A DNA stretch of 64,000 nucleotides from Octopus sinensis (taxonomy: Eukaryota): assembly GCF_006345805.1 (NCBI RefSeq), contig NC_043005.1, forward strand, positions 66,402,001-66,466,000. Reading direction: 5' to 3'. The position numbers were made by a program, and so were the translations under genes. The notes under the pieces are model-generated. The model did not search any database. It was not told the origin of the DNA and saw only the letters and a list, made by a program, of their open reading frames with translations. Positions 39,365-52,100 of the stretch are shown in pieces (the first letter of the stretch is position 1; each line of letters begins with the position of its first letter).

Positions 39365-39500
39365 GATACCACCCACCCCAGGATGTGACTGGTACTTTAT
39401 TTTATAGACGCCGAAAAAATGAAAGGCATAGCTGACTTCGGCAGGATTTGAAGTTAGAATATAAAAAGCCGGAAGAAATAATCAAGGAACTTTTTCCGAC
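39365..39500 (-). mobile_element. SINE family B fragment
   Basis: TGGTAC..TATTTTAT...GAAAGGCA...GATTTGAA blocks. Confidence 0.6.
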
Positions 39501-39756
39501 GCTGCTTTAATATATTTAAGAGTTGTATTTAAATGGTAATTGCTTCGCTTTAAGTAAACATTACTAGACCAGGTCTGTTAAAAAAATAAACGAAGAGAAG
39601 TGGAAAACTATTCAGGACCAAACTTGTTAAACCAAATACAGGAGAAATGTCTATGGCTGGAATCTTAGCTAGTATGTTAATTAGTGGGGCGTGAGTGGTT
39701 CGCAACTATTAAATTATAAATGTAATGAAATAAGTCAACGAAGATCGGTAGTAATG

Positions 39757-40143
39757 TATTGGGTTGCCCGGAAAGTTCGTGCCGATTTGTAGCAGCTTAC
39801 CTTTCGACTTATTTTAGAACATGGTTGAGTTCATAAAATAGGATTTGACTACACCTCCATTTAGAGCACAGTTTAAGCTATCTTTTCGTGGAAGAAGGTT
39901 TATGATCCTATAACCTGTGTTAATTCTGTAACCCTTTAAAATGGAAGATAAGAAAGTTCGTTTTCGGCCCTTGATGCTTTGGGAACCAGACAAAAATTGA
40001 TGCAGCTCGGCTCGGATGTGTTACCCCACACTCAATATTCAACAGATATTGCTCCTTCGGATTTCCGCTTATTCAGGTCTCTGGAGAATGGTCTTAATGG
40101 TAAACATTTCAATTCCTTGGATAACGTAAAAAGATACCTTGAT
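39757..40143 (+). mobile_element. Mariner remnant (5' TIR plus DD34D C-terminal block)
   Basis: TATTGGGTTGCCCGGAAAGTTCGTGCCG terminus and LPHTQYSTDIAPSDFRLFRSLENGL. Confidence 0.85.
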
Positions 40144-42871
40144 GAAGGCCACACAGATCATCTGTGTGTATCAGCTGTTGGAGTCTTCACCATTGAACTA
40201 TTATGTGATCGCACATTTCGTTTCCTAGGCTTTTAAATGTAAATTAATTTTGTCACAAATAATACATTTCTACAACTTAAGATATGAACTTCACGATTAA
40301 AGATATAAAACTTGCCACCATATAGGTATATATTGTAATGGCCTAAGCAAAGGTGAACGAACTGTGACATTATGAATGCACTGAGCTCAGTTAATATTCA
40401 TTTAATAATTAATGATTAATGGCTGTAATCATAGGGACAAGCCGCATGTTTGCGACATGGTGGTATTTCATTAAATCGAATCCAGTATTTGACTGCAATT
40501 CACTTCATCGATCTCAGTGGGATGAACAGTAAAATAGAGACCAGCTGTATTTGAGCTCAAATAACATAAACTTAATTAAACACAATCATGCATTTTATCT
40601 GAAACACTACAAATGAAGCCATCCACTAGGCTGAATGTGATTTTATTTTCAAGAAGTGAATTCTTTAAGATATACTTAACTATTATCAGTTTGAAATTAT
40701 TATGTATATCTTTCATTTTAGTTAAATTGCAAAATCATCTTTTAAAGAATATCAGGTGTGCAAGAAGATATATCAGCTTTCATAGAGAAAATAATGCTAA
40801 TCTATCGAGAGTTTTTCGTATGTGGATGCAATTTTCAATAGAAACGAAGTAGAAATACAACTTTTATCTTTGTTGCAAAGAAAACATTTGAAATGTTTCG
40901 AAAACCATTGCTCTTTCTAATGTTAAGTTATATTATTGTCAGTGATCTGCTAATGGGTTAAGTATATACGTAAACACGTTTCAAACTTTTCTTAGTCTCA
41001 CAAGACATTATCATCAATTGTTTAAATGCACACTTACAGTAGAGACATAAAACTGGGGAGAGCAGTGTATTACAATCAACAATACCAAGGTAACGGAAAC
41101 TATATTGGTTGTGAATTGTGTAAAGAACGGTGAGCTTTGAAAGATCGCTCGTCTGAAAGCAACCTTTGGAATATTAATAGAACAAAAGATAAAGCCACTC
41201 TTTTCTGATGCCGGTCTTAATGCAACGACTTTTATCAATTATTGCTGAATGGTCCACAGCGAGTTAATTTGTGCAGAAGTGGTAATATTTGTAAATATTC
41301 TATTGGTATAACAAGTTAGGTTAGTATGACTGATGCCATTAGAAATAATAGAGATTGCAGTGTCGTAGATAGATATGTCTGTAGACGTTATAGCAAATTT
41401 TATAGCATTGAAATATATTTTAGTTTCGTTTTTGTATCTGATTTACAAGAATCTTGTCGCGAACTTATGTGTTGAAATGTGGGTTGTTGTATCTCTGGAG
41501 GTTCATTATGTCAACAATAAATATATGCGCTAGTTCCAGTTCACTTCTTTATTTACAGTTGGTTAACTATTTAATCAATTAATTAACTGTTTGTTTAATT
41601 CCTCGGTCAGTCAATCAAACAATTAGCTAGGTTTGTCAAAGTCCTTTCATCGTCATTCACGACCTCATTATTGACATGCCATCTCTATTTAGTTAAAATT
41701 TCAACAATAATGTCTGAGCAAACAAATGACGACTTAAGTCGAGAAATAGTAAAATGAAAATATCACAAAAATGGAATAAGTTATATTGCCGTGAAGACAT
41801 ATGGATGTCAAGCAATTCGAGCACAACATTTCATCCAAGGGAGATATCATGCGACCAGAAAGACAAGGTGAGTAGTACGGAGAGTAGGAACGCAACTAAC
41901 AAGAAAGAGCAAAGAAAGAAGTGGAATAAGAGAAGGTTAGTGTTTGTAGGAGTGGTTACGATCTAGGTGAGTAGAAAATCATCAGAAGTGCTGTCAGATT
42001 TCAAAACTGATACAAGAGAGGTTAAGGTGACCAAAATATTTCCACATATACACACCTGCATAAAAATGCACGTACACAAACATACACACACACTTGCATG
42101 CATATATTACACAAATGTACACATGATATACATAAAACCTTTTTCATAATATACATACCCAGCTCTTTCTGTCTTTTTCTCTTATTGTGCATGCACACAT
42201 ACACACGATCGCGCACGTGCACAGACAAGCAAACACGCACAAAAATACGCACACACACGCACACACACACACACAAATACACACACACACACACGATGTT
42301 GCAACTCGATCTCGACCGGAGCTATCACTTGAGTGTTCTCTTAAATATGCGATAGGTGGAGATTTTCAGACCTATGAAGGACCACAAGTATGTCAACAAT
42401 CGATGCTTCTTGAGCTTACCACCCACGCTGACACATGCTTTCCTTCTATCAAGAAATTACTCATTGAATGCTTCTCTTTTTTCGGCTGCAGGTTACTGCT
42501 GCTTGCAATTCAGCATAGAGATGCTAATAGAGATTTAAGCGATGCTTAGTGGGGAAAGGCCTTGAAGAGAGCCAGTCCCACTTTCCAAATAACGTTAGCA
42601 TTAACACCAAATGAAGAACTAGATTACATATTTGGATGCAGACGAAATTGCAGGTGTTACATCAGAGATTCCCTTCACTTAGAGGCATGCCTAAACAAAG
42701 ACTAAGGGGTCCCTCGCTTCCAGCTGTTGGATGGGTGGTAACCCTTCTTCGTTCATCTACTCTTCGAGAGGGTTTGTTCTTTTGTCTTGCGGACCGTCCA
42801 ACGAGAACACTCTTCTTAATCCCTTACATTTTCTGTATAAAAACATATATTGTGTAGTTTATTAAATAATG

Positions 42872-42936
<65 letters not shown>

Positions 42937-43799
42937 ATACATATATTTATATATATATATATGGGGGGGGGTGCAAGTATGTATGTGTATATATGTATAT
43001 GTATATATAAATATATATATACATATATATATTTGTGTATATTTACACACACTCATGTACGTTTATATATTTATATGTGTGCATGTGTGTGTATGTGCGT
43101 GTGCGCGTCGTGTTTCCTTTTGTAATCATATGTAAATGTTATTTCAGCTTCATTGCTCATACTGCAAATGTTGACAATTTATAATTCAAAACCCTATGGA
43201 CAGATCTTTATAGTTCATTCTTTGGCTCTAATTTTTCTAGTGTTTTCCACTGTATATCTTCTCTATATTACAAGACACATACTTTGTGTGATCATTTGTC
43301 TACGCTTCTCTATATTCTTTGTACTATCATGGCTGCTTAATTTAATCCCCTTGATTACCTCCCTTAGTTTTCATTGTCATCTCGCTATTTTTCTCCATTT
43401 TTATTAAATATTTTCCTGTTGCTATTAATGATATCCTTTCCCATTGTAAAGTATTAATGTTTTGTTGAGTTTTATTTAGTTGTTTCTTTTCAGAACTAAT
43501 ACCACTTTGATGTTGTTATTTCAAGAAGCGTCAAACAAGGCCAAAATGTATGGTTATGCGCGAGCATGTGCTTTCGAAAAGTGGTTTCTGCTTATGAAAC
43601 TCTCCGAATGAATGAATACCATATCAAAGCTTACACATTGTTAGCTGTATTTTACTCATATTCATAGAAATCAACTGCAAAAAGCGAGAGTTTCATTGTA
43701 TAAGAAATATATCAACATAACAGAGTTTACTGTCATGACCTGGAATATAGTTTTCTGTGATATCTTAATTGTGACACTATTTTATTGTAGGAAGCATGT

Positions 43800-43800
43800 A

Positions 43801-43875
<75 letters not shown>

Positions 43876-44045
43876 GTTTCACATACGCTTTTGTTATATC
43901 AGTCGAGGGTTAATTTCTTCCTATTTCTTTCAGTGAGTATGACTGAAGATAATAAAACCTATCAAGAAAAATATCTTAACTTTCTCCACACGAAATAGTC
44001 ATTCAGATCACGAAAGAATATATATATACATACATAATACATACA

Positions 44046-44077
<32 letters not shown>

Positions 44078-44195
44078 AACATACACATACATGCATATAC
44101 ATACATACATACATACATACATACATACATACATACATACATACATACATACATACATACATACATACATACATACATACATACATACATACATA
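43800..44195. repeat. (TAA)n and long (TACA)n arrays
   Basis: (TAA)n at 43802-43875 and (TACA)n at about 44025-44195. Confidence 0.95.
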
Positions 44196-44636
44196 GAAGC
44201 GTTCATATGCACACGTGAACACACACTTATGCATGTTGGTATGTATGTAGTATGTGTGTATATGGTTGTATGTATAGATAAATAGATAGGCATATAAACA
44301 GATAAATAGGTAGATAGATTGGTGATAGGTGTACGTATCAGAACTGCCTTTTACCTATTCAGTTTCAGATTAATTAGAAGTCAAAGCATGTCACGTAAGA
44401 TGTTGTATAAATATCAGTGTAGAAGAACAAGTGGCAATTGGAGATGACCGGGATATGTTGAGCATAACTGTTTCAAATTCTTTTCGCTTAATGAAAGATA
44501 TCAAAAGTTCAGAAATTAATATCATGCAGAAATCACATAGGGTGACGATCTAAATATTGTCTTAGAAAATGTTGAAAAACTTCTAAAATAGTTAAAGACA
44601 TTGAATCAAATCTTAGCGCTGTGAGTGTTACTTTAA

Positions 44637-44830
44637 TTAATGGATATAGAGGAAGAAGCAGCGCTGTAGCATTTGTAGGAAAGATAATAGTTTTAACGCC
44701 AAAATTAACAGAGGTACAAAGAAACTATCTCCCTGTAATATTCCTTTTGAAATATTTATAGTCTTGGAGACGATCGTTCGACTCCCTATTCTAAGTGTGA
44801 GAATTGTGGTTCTCAATGGCAGCAATTAGT
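44637..44830 (-). mobile_element. R4/Dong-type RT remnant
   Basis: TINISKGILQGDSFFVPLLILALKLLS resembles the GIFQGDSLSPLLF..AL.PLS motif. Confidence 0.7.
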
Positions 44831-44949
44831 GTAGCAGGTACTTTAGCCAATTGTAGACACTTCAGAAAGCATGACTAGGGAATGGAACCAAATGCATTCC
44901 TATAATCAAGTCATACTCTTGCAAGGTTCCTACGATACTTTTACCTCTG

Positions 44950-45270
44950 TATGTAAGTACGTTCGTACGTATGTATGTATGTATGTAGGTAGGTAGGTAG
45001 GTAAGTATGTAGGTTGTAGGTATGTATGTATGTATGTATGTAGGTAGGTAGGTAGGTAGGTAGGTAGGTAAGTAGGTAGGTAGGTAGGTAGGTAGGTAGG
45101 TAAGTATGTAGGTTGTAGGTAGGTATGTAGGTAGGTAGGTAGGTAGGTAGGTAGGTAGGTAGGTAGGTAGGTAAGTATGTAGGTTGTAGGTAGGTATGTA
45201 TGTATGTATGTATGTATGTATGTATGTATGTATGTAGGTAGGTAGGTAGGTAGGTAGGTAGGTATGGTAT
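44950..45270. repeat. (TAGG)n/(TATG)n compound array
   Basis: Direct reading. Confidence 0.95.
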
Positions 45271-46009
45271 GTATAAATGCATGTATGCATATATGTATGT
45301 ATATGTGCATATATGTATGTATGCGTTTTATGTGTGTATTTATGTATATATATGGATGTATGTGCGTATGTGTGTGCTTGGATTCATTAAGATAATGGCC
45401 ATTAGTATGTAAATAGTTTAAAACAGTACTGAACAGTGAAACACAGTTACATTTGTAAATAAACAAACATAGTTACTGAAACGGGTACCTACATAGAGAA
45501 AGAACGGATAATAAAGTCGGTTGATACACAAACATATGTCTTCTCGTTTACACCCTCCATCAACAACTGTTTCAATTGTTGTCTTCCACTTTAGTATACC
45601 TATACTAAACGATCATTATACAGAACACATTGTATTCTGAGCACATTTTAGCAATTAACTCGTGTAGATCTTGTCACGCTTGTGCAATTTGATTCTGATT
45701 TGATTTCTCTTTATTAGATCGCAAAATAATTTATTTATTATATATATTGGTGACTCCCATCCAACTCGTTTTAGATTGTTGGGTTCGCCATGGCTACAAG
45801 ATAGAAGTGAGAGGTAGAGGCAAGAGACTGCATTCTTAAACATGAACGACCTGACAAATAATGTTTTACATTTCTATGTATTTATTGCGCCAGGCAGTTT
45901 TATTAACATGTGTACAACGAATTGAAAGACATACGTATTATCGTGTATGCGATGAATGAAATTTTACAATGCATGATATAGAAATAGTGTAATAATAGCT
46001 AATACCGTT

Positions 46010-46870
46010 ATGTAATGAATGTTCCTCGTAACACACACTGAGGAGGACTTAAAGCTCGTTGTGGACTGCTTTTTTTAATCTACGTGTGATGAGTTTGGGA
46101 TTACAATCAGTTTGAAGGAAACTGTAGTCATTCTACGACCAGTACCTGGCAAGCCATATATCCCATTATAGATATACGTCAAGGGTAAGACGTTAGTCGT
46201 GGATAGGTTTGTCTACCTTGGTAGCACACTATGTAGATTTAATACTCTTAATCAGGAGGTCAGTCATAGATTTTCTTAAACCTGGAATACGTTTGGAAAG
46301 CAAGAATTTGGTCGCAATTGGACATCAAAGCAATAACGGAAGTTGAATTCTATCAAGCGGATAAGAGACCTGGGCAACCTACTGCTACCAAACCAAACGT
46401 CACGAGCGATTCCGCTAGCGATGTTTGCGTAATAATCTGAAAATATCGATCTATGATTCTCAAATACTATATTTGATGGTCTGGTCATCTTGTCCGTTTA
46501 GAGAACATCCGCATTTCAAAACAAGCATTGTAAGATAAGCTGGAACAAGGAAATCGTCCACGGTGCAAGCCATGCAAGTTTTTGAATGACAATCTTAAAA
46601 ACACTTTTAAACAAAATCAATGCCGATACTAACAACTGTAAAGATCTTGCATCAGATAACGAGCTGTGAAGGAACCTAATTGCTACCGGTGTTAAAGAAT
46701 TCAAAAGCAACGAGGTTGCACACACACAGTTCAAACATTTTGACAAATGCATGAAGGATGCGAACCTTTCCTTGAGAAGGGCTTGATACAGCCTCTGTCG
46801 TGTGACCATTGTGATCGTGTCTGCTTCTCAATGACAGAACTAATCAGCCATAAGCATGCCCACGGAGGTA
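46010..46870 (+). mobile_element. RTE-clade (BovB-like) LINE 3' remnant
   Basis: HTEEDL, FGITISLKETV, FVYLGSTL, and a C-terminal CDHCDRVCFSMTELISHKHAH zinc knuckle; many lesions. Confidence 0.85.
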
Positions 46871-47152
46871 AGCCTGTCTACCACTGTGATGTCCAGCATC
46901 TTTTCACGTACACCATGTGTCGCAAACTGGGTGGGTCTGTGACACTTGGCATTGTAACTCCAACAGTTCAGATGATCGGCTGTTGCAGGAGCTGACTTGT
47001 AGTCGATGAGGAATGATTTGTAGGGCCTTGGAAGGCCTTAGAGGACATGTGCAACATCATCAGCGATCATGGGGTCGAGCAAACATGAGATACTTCTTAG
47101 AGTGACATGGGTCTAAGAAGTTGTCTTATTCGGCCACAAGTTGACTTCCACC

Positions 47153-47183
<31 letters not shown>

Positions 47184-47499
47184 TGTATGTATGTATGTAT
47201 ACTTACATATATATATGTGGTGGGATGTATGTATGTGTGTATACATATGGCGATAAACGTTACCTCTCAATATAGTTACTGCTTTCATCAGTTATAGAAA
47301 TTATCTCAAGCAGCTAATTTGCTTGTTGCAAGATCAGTGACTGTGTGTCACATTTTTCTACAAATTATGTGCTGGAGTGAACAACTGGTATCTCTGGCAG
47401 ACAAAGTATCTAGCACCGAGGATGAACACAAAGAGTTCGAAACCGCACAGTCTGATGGTCTCCTGGCTGGAAGGTGAGAAGAGTTTACTCCTCTGCTCG

Positions 47500-47547
<48 letters not shown>

Positions 47548-47583
47548 TATATATTATAATTTAGAGTATCTAAGCGATACCAT

Positions 47584-47874
47584 CACGCTTGAAATAGCAG
47601 CCAAAACTTGACTCTAAAACCAGACTAAAAGTTCATATAGCACCAGGAGAGAAGACAAAAAGGCAAAATAAACTAGCAAAAAATTACTGGATAATTATAA
47701 ATTTATATATATAATTTATAATTATATATAATTTATATATATAGTTTATATATATAAACACAATTATCCAGTAATTTTTTGCTGCTTTATTTTGCCTTTT
47801 TGTCTTCTCTCCTGGTGCTATATGAACTTTTAATGTGGTTTTAGAGTCAAGTTTTGGCTGCTATTTCAAGCGTG
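47584..47874. repeat. Inverted repeat, 114-bp arms around a 64-bp almost purely AT spacer
   Basis: 47584-47697 is reverse-complementary to 47762-47874 with few mismatches. Confidence 0.9.
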
Positions 47875-47961
47875 GTGTATATATAAGATGAAGATGAAGA
47901 TGAAGGCAGGTGGTGTACAAAACAAACAGATGTATTAGTATAACGCTCAGGAATAGAAAAA

Positions 47962-48003
47962 GTCTTTTACGTTTCGAGCCTACGCTCTTCTACAGAAAGG
48001 GAC
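47962..48003 (-). ncRNA. Minimal PLE-type hammerhead motif, A6U variant
   Basis: cuuu-CUGUAGA-a-GAGC-guag-GCUC-GAAACGUA|aaag. Loopless palindromic ACGU stem III, 4-bp stem I, inside a roughly 150-bp TA-flanked repeat. Confidence 0.45.
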
Positions 48004-48043
48004 ACAGAAAAAACAAGGAGAGAAAAAAATGTGTGTAGTGGCT

Positions 48044-48092
<49 letters not shown>

Positions 48093-48122
48093 GTATTATA
48101 TATATGTATAAATATATATATA

Positions 48123-50279
48123 TGTCCCAGAGCACAAGGCCAAAACAAATAGGAGCAAGATTCCAAGAGACAGGAAGATCCTCATGAGACGATGGACGAA
48201 GGTTGCAAATCGTCTCAACCCACATCCCAAAAGTAGCGAAACGTCCCGCCTAAAAACAACACTGATGGAGATCGAAAAAAGGCTGCATCAATCCTATGTG
48301 AAGGAGAAAGCAGACAAAGAAGCCTGGGTTATAAAAAACATTAAATCAAACCCAAAGGCCTTCTTTCATTACGCGAAAGAAACAGTCTCAGTGCACTACA
48401 AAATAGGACCCCTCCTCCAAAAGGATGGCTCCATCACAGACAGTCCAACTATGATCAGTGAGATGCTGAATGACCAGTTCAAAAGTGTCTTTACCACCCC
48501 GTTGGAACACAGACAAGTGAACGAACCAGTGGATTTCTTTGCCGCCTCACCTATAACCAGCGAGGCGGTTACAATAGAATATATTGACATTAGCGAAAAA
48601 GATGTCCTACTAGCTATAGATGAAGTGGACACAAACTCAGCTACTGGTCCAGACGGTTTCCCAGCCAGCCTCCTCAAAGCGTGTAAGCATGCCCTGGGAA
48701 AACCCCTCGAGATTCTCTTCCAGAGCTTTCTTGCGAATGGCAAACTGCCAAGCAAGCTGAAGGAGGGAATAATATGCCCAATACATAAAGGGGGAAGTAG
48801 AGCAGATGCCAAAAACTATAGGCCTATCTCTCTGACTTCACACATCAGCAAAGTCATGGAAAGGATAGTCAGAAAGAAACTAATCGCATTCCTTGAGGAA
48901 AATAACTTGCTGAGTAATACCCAGCATGGTTTTCGACCATGTAGGAGCTGCCTGACCCAGCTCTTACAGCATTATGACTGGGTGTTGAGGCAGTTAATCA
49001 ACAAATCAAATGTGGACGTAATCTACCTTGATTTTGCAAAAGCTTTTGACAAGGTGGTATTTTGATCATGGTATGATATGCCACAAACTACGTGACCTCG
49101 GCATAGCTGGAAAACTTGGAGTGTGGTTGCATGACTTCCTGAAAGATAGGAGTCAGGCAGTAGTTGTTAATGGAGCCACCTCTATGAACACACAAATAGT
49201 GAGCGGTGTTCCACAGGGCACTGTCTTGGGACCACTGCTTTTTATAGTGGCCCTCTCAGATATGCCCTCAAATGCCCGAATAGCCACTCTGGCCAGCTAT
49301 GCAGACGATACGAAAGTCTCGTAGAAAATACAGAACCCCAGCGATGTTGCACACCTGCAGCAGGAGATGGACTCAATCTACAGATGGGCTGAGGATAATA
49401 ATATGCAGTTTAATGCTGAAAAATTCCAGGCCCTGCGATACCAGCATCCAAAACTGAATATTAAACTTACAGGATACACCAGTCCACAGGGAATTTCAAT
49501 CCCAGAGCCTAAGTCTGTGAGGGACCTGGGTATCGACATGAGTGATGATACCTCTTTCCAAGTGCACATTACCAGGATGGCGACAAAATGCAGACGACTG
49601 GCTGGGTGGATCCTAAGAACATTCAGAACCAGAGATAAGGAAACCATGATGGTCCTCTGGCGGACATTCGTCCTCAGTCGCCTGGATTACTGCTCACAGC
49701 TATGGTCACCCACCAGTGTAAAATTAACAGCGGACCTTGAAGCAATCCAGAGAAGATTCACAAAGAAGATCGTCTCTTTGCAACAGCTCAGCTACTAGGA
49801 AAGGTTGAAACAGCTAAGACTCTACTCCCTGGAGAGAAGACGGGAGAGGTATGCAGTAATATATGTCTGGAAGATCCTTGAAGGAATTGTGCCAAATTTT
49901 GGCATTATAAGCTACACCAATGCTAGAACGGGACGACACTGCATAGTGCCAAAGATCCCAGCAATGCCATCACGCTTCAGGACCAGCTTCTGCAACTGCC
50001 TGGGTTTCAAGGGCCCACAGCTTTTTAATATTCTCCCAAAGAGTTTGAGGAACTTGCACAAAGTAGATGTAGCGGTTTTTAAATCAAAGCTGGGCATCTT
50101 CCTGTCGAGAGTCCCAGATGAACCTACCTCACGGCAAGAGGTGCAAATGAGGGTAGCTATATCAAACTCCATTCTTCACCAAGTGCCACATATTAGACGA
50201 GGTTCGTCGCAATAACAGTGTAGCACAAAACGGCGGTGCATTAGCATGGCCGCAGCTCTGAGCTGAAACTAGAAAAAAA
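48123..50279 (+). mobile_element. 5'-truncated CR1/L2-group non-LTR retrotransposon (LINE) with 3' UTR
   Basis: RT motifs PIHKGGSR..NYRPISLTS, QHGFR, YLDFAKAFDKV, GVPQGTVLGPLLF, YADDTK and YSLERRRERY. 3' UTR ends in an A-rich tail and the copy sits between TA arrays. Confidence 0.95.
48184..50215 (+). pseudogene. LINE ORF2 reverse transcriptase, disabled
   Basis: Four consecutive ORF pieces, broken by a frameshift near 49055 (KV/DHG) and in-frame TAG stops at 49322-49324 and 49796-49798. Confidence 0.9.
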
Positions 50280-50311
50280 TATATATATGTATGTATATAT
50301 ATATATATATA

Positions 50312-51133
50312 TATATATAAACGGCAGTTTGTCTGTCTGTGTGTCTGTCAGGTTGTACCCTCACCCTGACCACGGCTTTCAACCGATTCTGATGAAACTT
50401 GACACACACATAGCCCAATGTCATAATTCAAAACTAACGCAGCGAAAATTTTGAAAAGTTCCTCCAGTTCTGAAGAAAATTGATAAATTCGACATGGGGT
50501 CGAGAATCTAAGCTTCTTATATGCAACACATTTTCTGTTGTAGTTTTTGCAACTTGCAATCGATTTTCACCAATCTCATGGTGAAACTTAATGTTACCCT
50601 GAGAAACTTAATTCTGACGTTAGTTTTCCATGCAATACCTTACCATCAGAAAAAATTGATAAAATCAAGCCATTTTGGGAAATCGCGTTCAAATTCAAGA
50701 TGACATATTTTCGACAGTATCTTTCACAATTTGGCAGGGATTTTTTTTTTATTCACAGCGAGCATCATGTCTGCTCCAAGGAGCTATATGGCCCTTTTTA
50801 TTCCAATAGGATACTTTATTACTGGAAAAAATCGGTTAATTAAATCATATGTGGCACACATAGCAAACCGATTTGTGTATTAAACACAAACCACAGACTG
50901 TCTAGGGGACGCAACTCGACCTTTTAACTCTCTTGAGAGGCGCAATGATGTTTTCATGTTTTCGCCTAAAGGGACAGCTAGGAACATCGTATACACAGAA
51001 GTATTCCAGTGAAGCGAAGACATTGCAACCTACACATGCGCCTTCGTTCCCTAGGGGGAAAGGACTGGATTGGGATTAGTCGTTGCCTACTAGGGGCTCT
51101 TACATACCCGGGCAACGCCGGCTATGCTGCTAG
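50312..51133 (+). mobile_element. Non-autonomous Helitron
   Basis: 5' (GTCT)n block and CCGATTCTGATGAAACTT. 3' GC-rich hairpin CCGGGCAACGCCGG followed by CTAG|T. Retains a RepHel-like C-terminus GTARNIVYTEVFQ* (stop 51010-51012). No TSD seen. Confidence 0.8.
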
Positions 51134-51143
51134 TTATATATAT

Positions 51144-51206
<63 letters not shown>

Positions 51207-51213
51207 TTAGATC

Positions 51214-51436
51214 TATGTTTGCGTGTCTTTGTGTTTTTGTGTCCTTTACCCCACTACTGCTTGAAAATTAATGTTGGTTTGTTTACGTTTCCATGACATG
51301 GCGATTAGGCCAAACCGATCGATATAGCAAGTACTAAACCTAATGAATCAATGCTAGTGTCGATTTGCACGACTAAACCATTCAAGGTGGTGCCCAAGCA
51401 TGGCCACAGTCCAATGACTAAAACAATTAAAAGATA
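51214..51436 (+). mobile_element. SINE family A, 3' half
   Basis: Degenerate body plus GGTGGTGCCCAAGCATGGCC...ATGACTAAAAC tail. Confidence 0.7.
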
Positions 51437-51659
51437 AATGATGAAAAATATAATAAAAATGAAACAAAATTAGCGATAAATACAGGTGTTGCTCATACAT
51501 ATCCGACGGAGATTTACTTCTTCCATAGATTCCTCATGAACTTTCTCATTTCCTAGCTTTTAATCCATTTATACATGTGTGTATATGTGTGTGAGTGCAT
51601 GGGGAAATGTGCATGTACGTACACGTGTATGCGTTTATGTGTGCGAGACTGTGGTTTTA

Positions 51660-52100
51660 TATGTGTGTATGAGAGAGCGTGTGTGTGTGTGCGTGTGCTT
51701 GTGAGTGCGTGTATGCATGTGAATGTTGTGTGACTATATGCGTATGTGTATGTGCGTGTCTTTGTATGTGTATATATATATATATTATATATATATATAT
51801 ATGTATATATGTGTATGTGTGTGTGAGTGTGTGTGTTTGTATGGGTGTGAGTGCGTGTGTCTGTGTGTTTGATGTCTGTGTGTATGTGTGTATGTCTGTG
51901 TGCGTGTGCATGTCAGTGTGCATGTATGTGTATGTGAGTATGTGTGTGATGTGTGTGTTTGTATGTGTGTGAGTGCATGTGTGTGTGTGTGTCTGTGTGT
52001 GTATGTGTGTATGTTTGTATGTGTGTGTGTCTGTGTGTGTATGTGTGTGTGTGTTTGTATGTGTGTATGTGTGTGTATGTGTGTCTGTGTCTGTGCGTGT
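51660..52100. repeat. Degenerate (TG)n array
   Basis: Direct reading. Confidence 0.95.
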
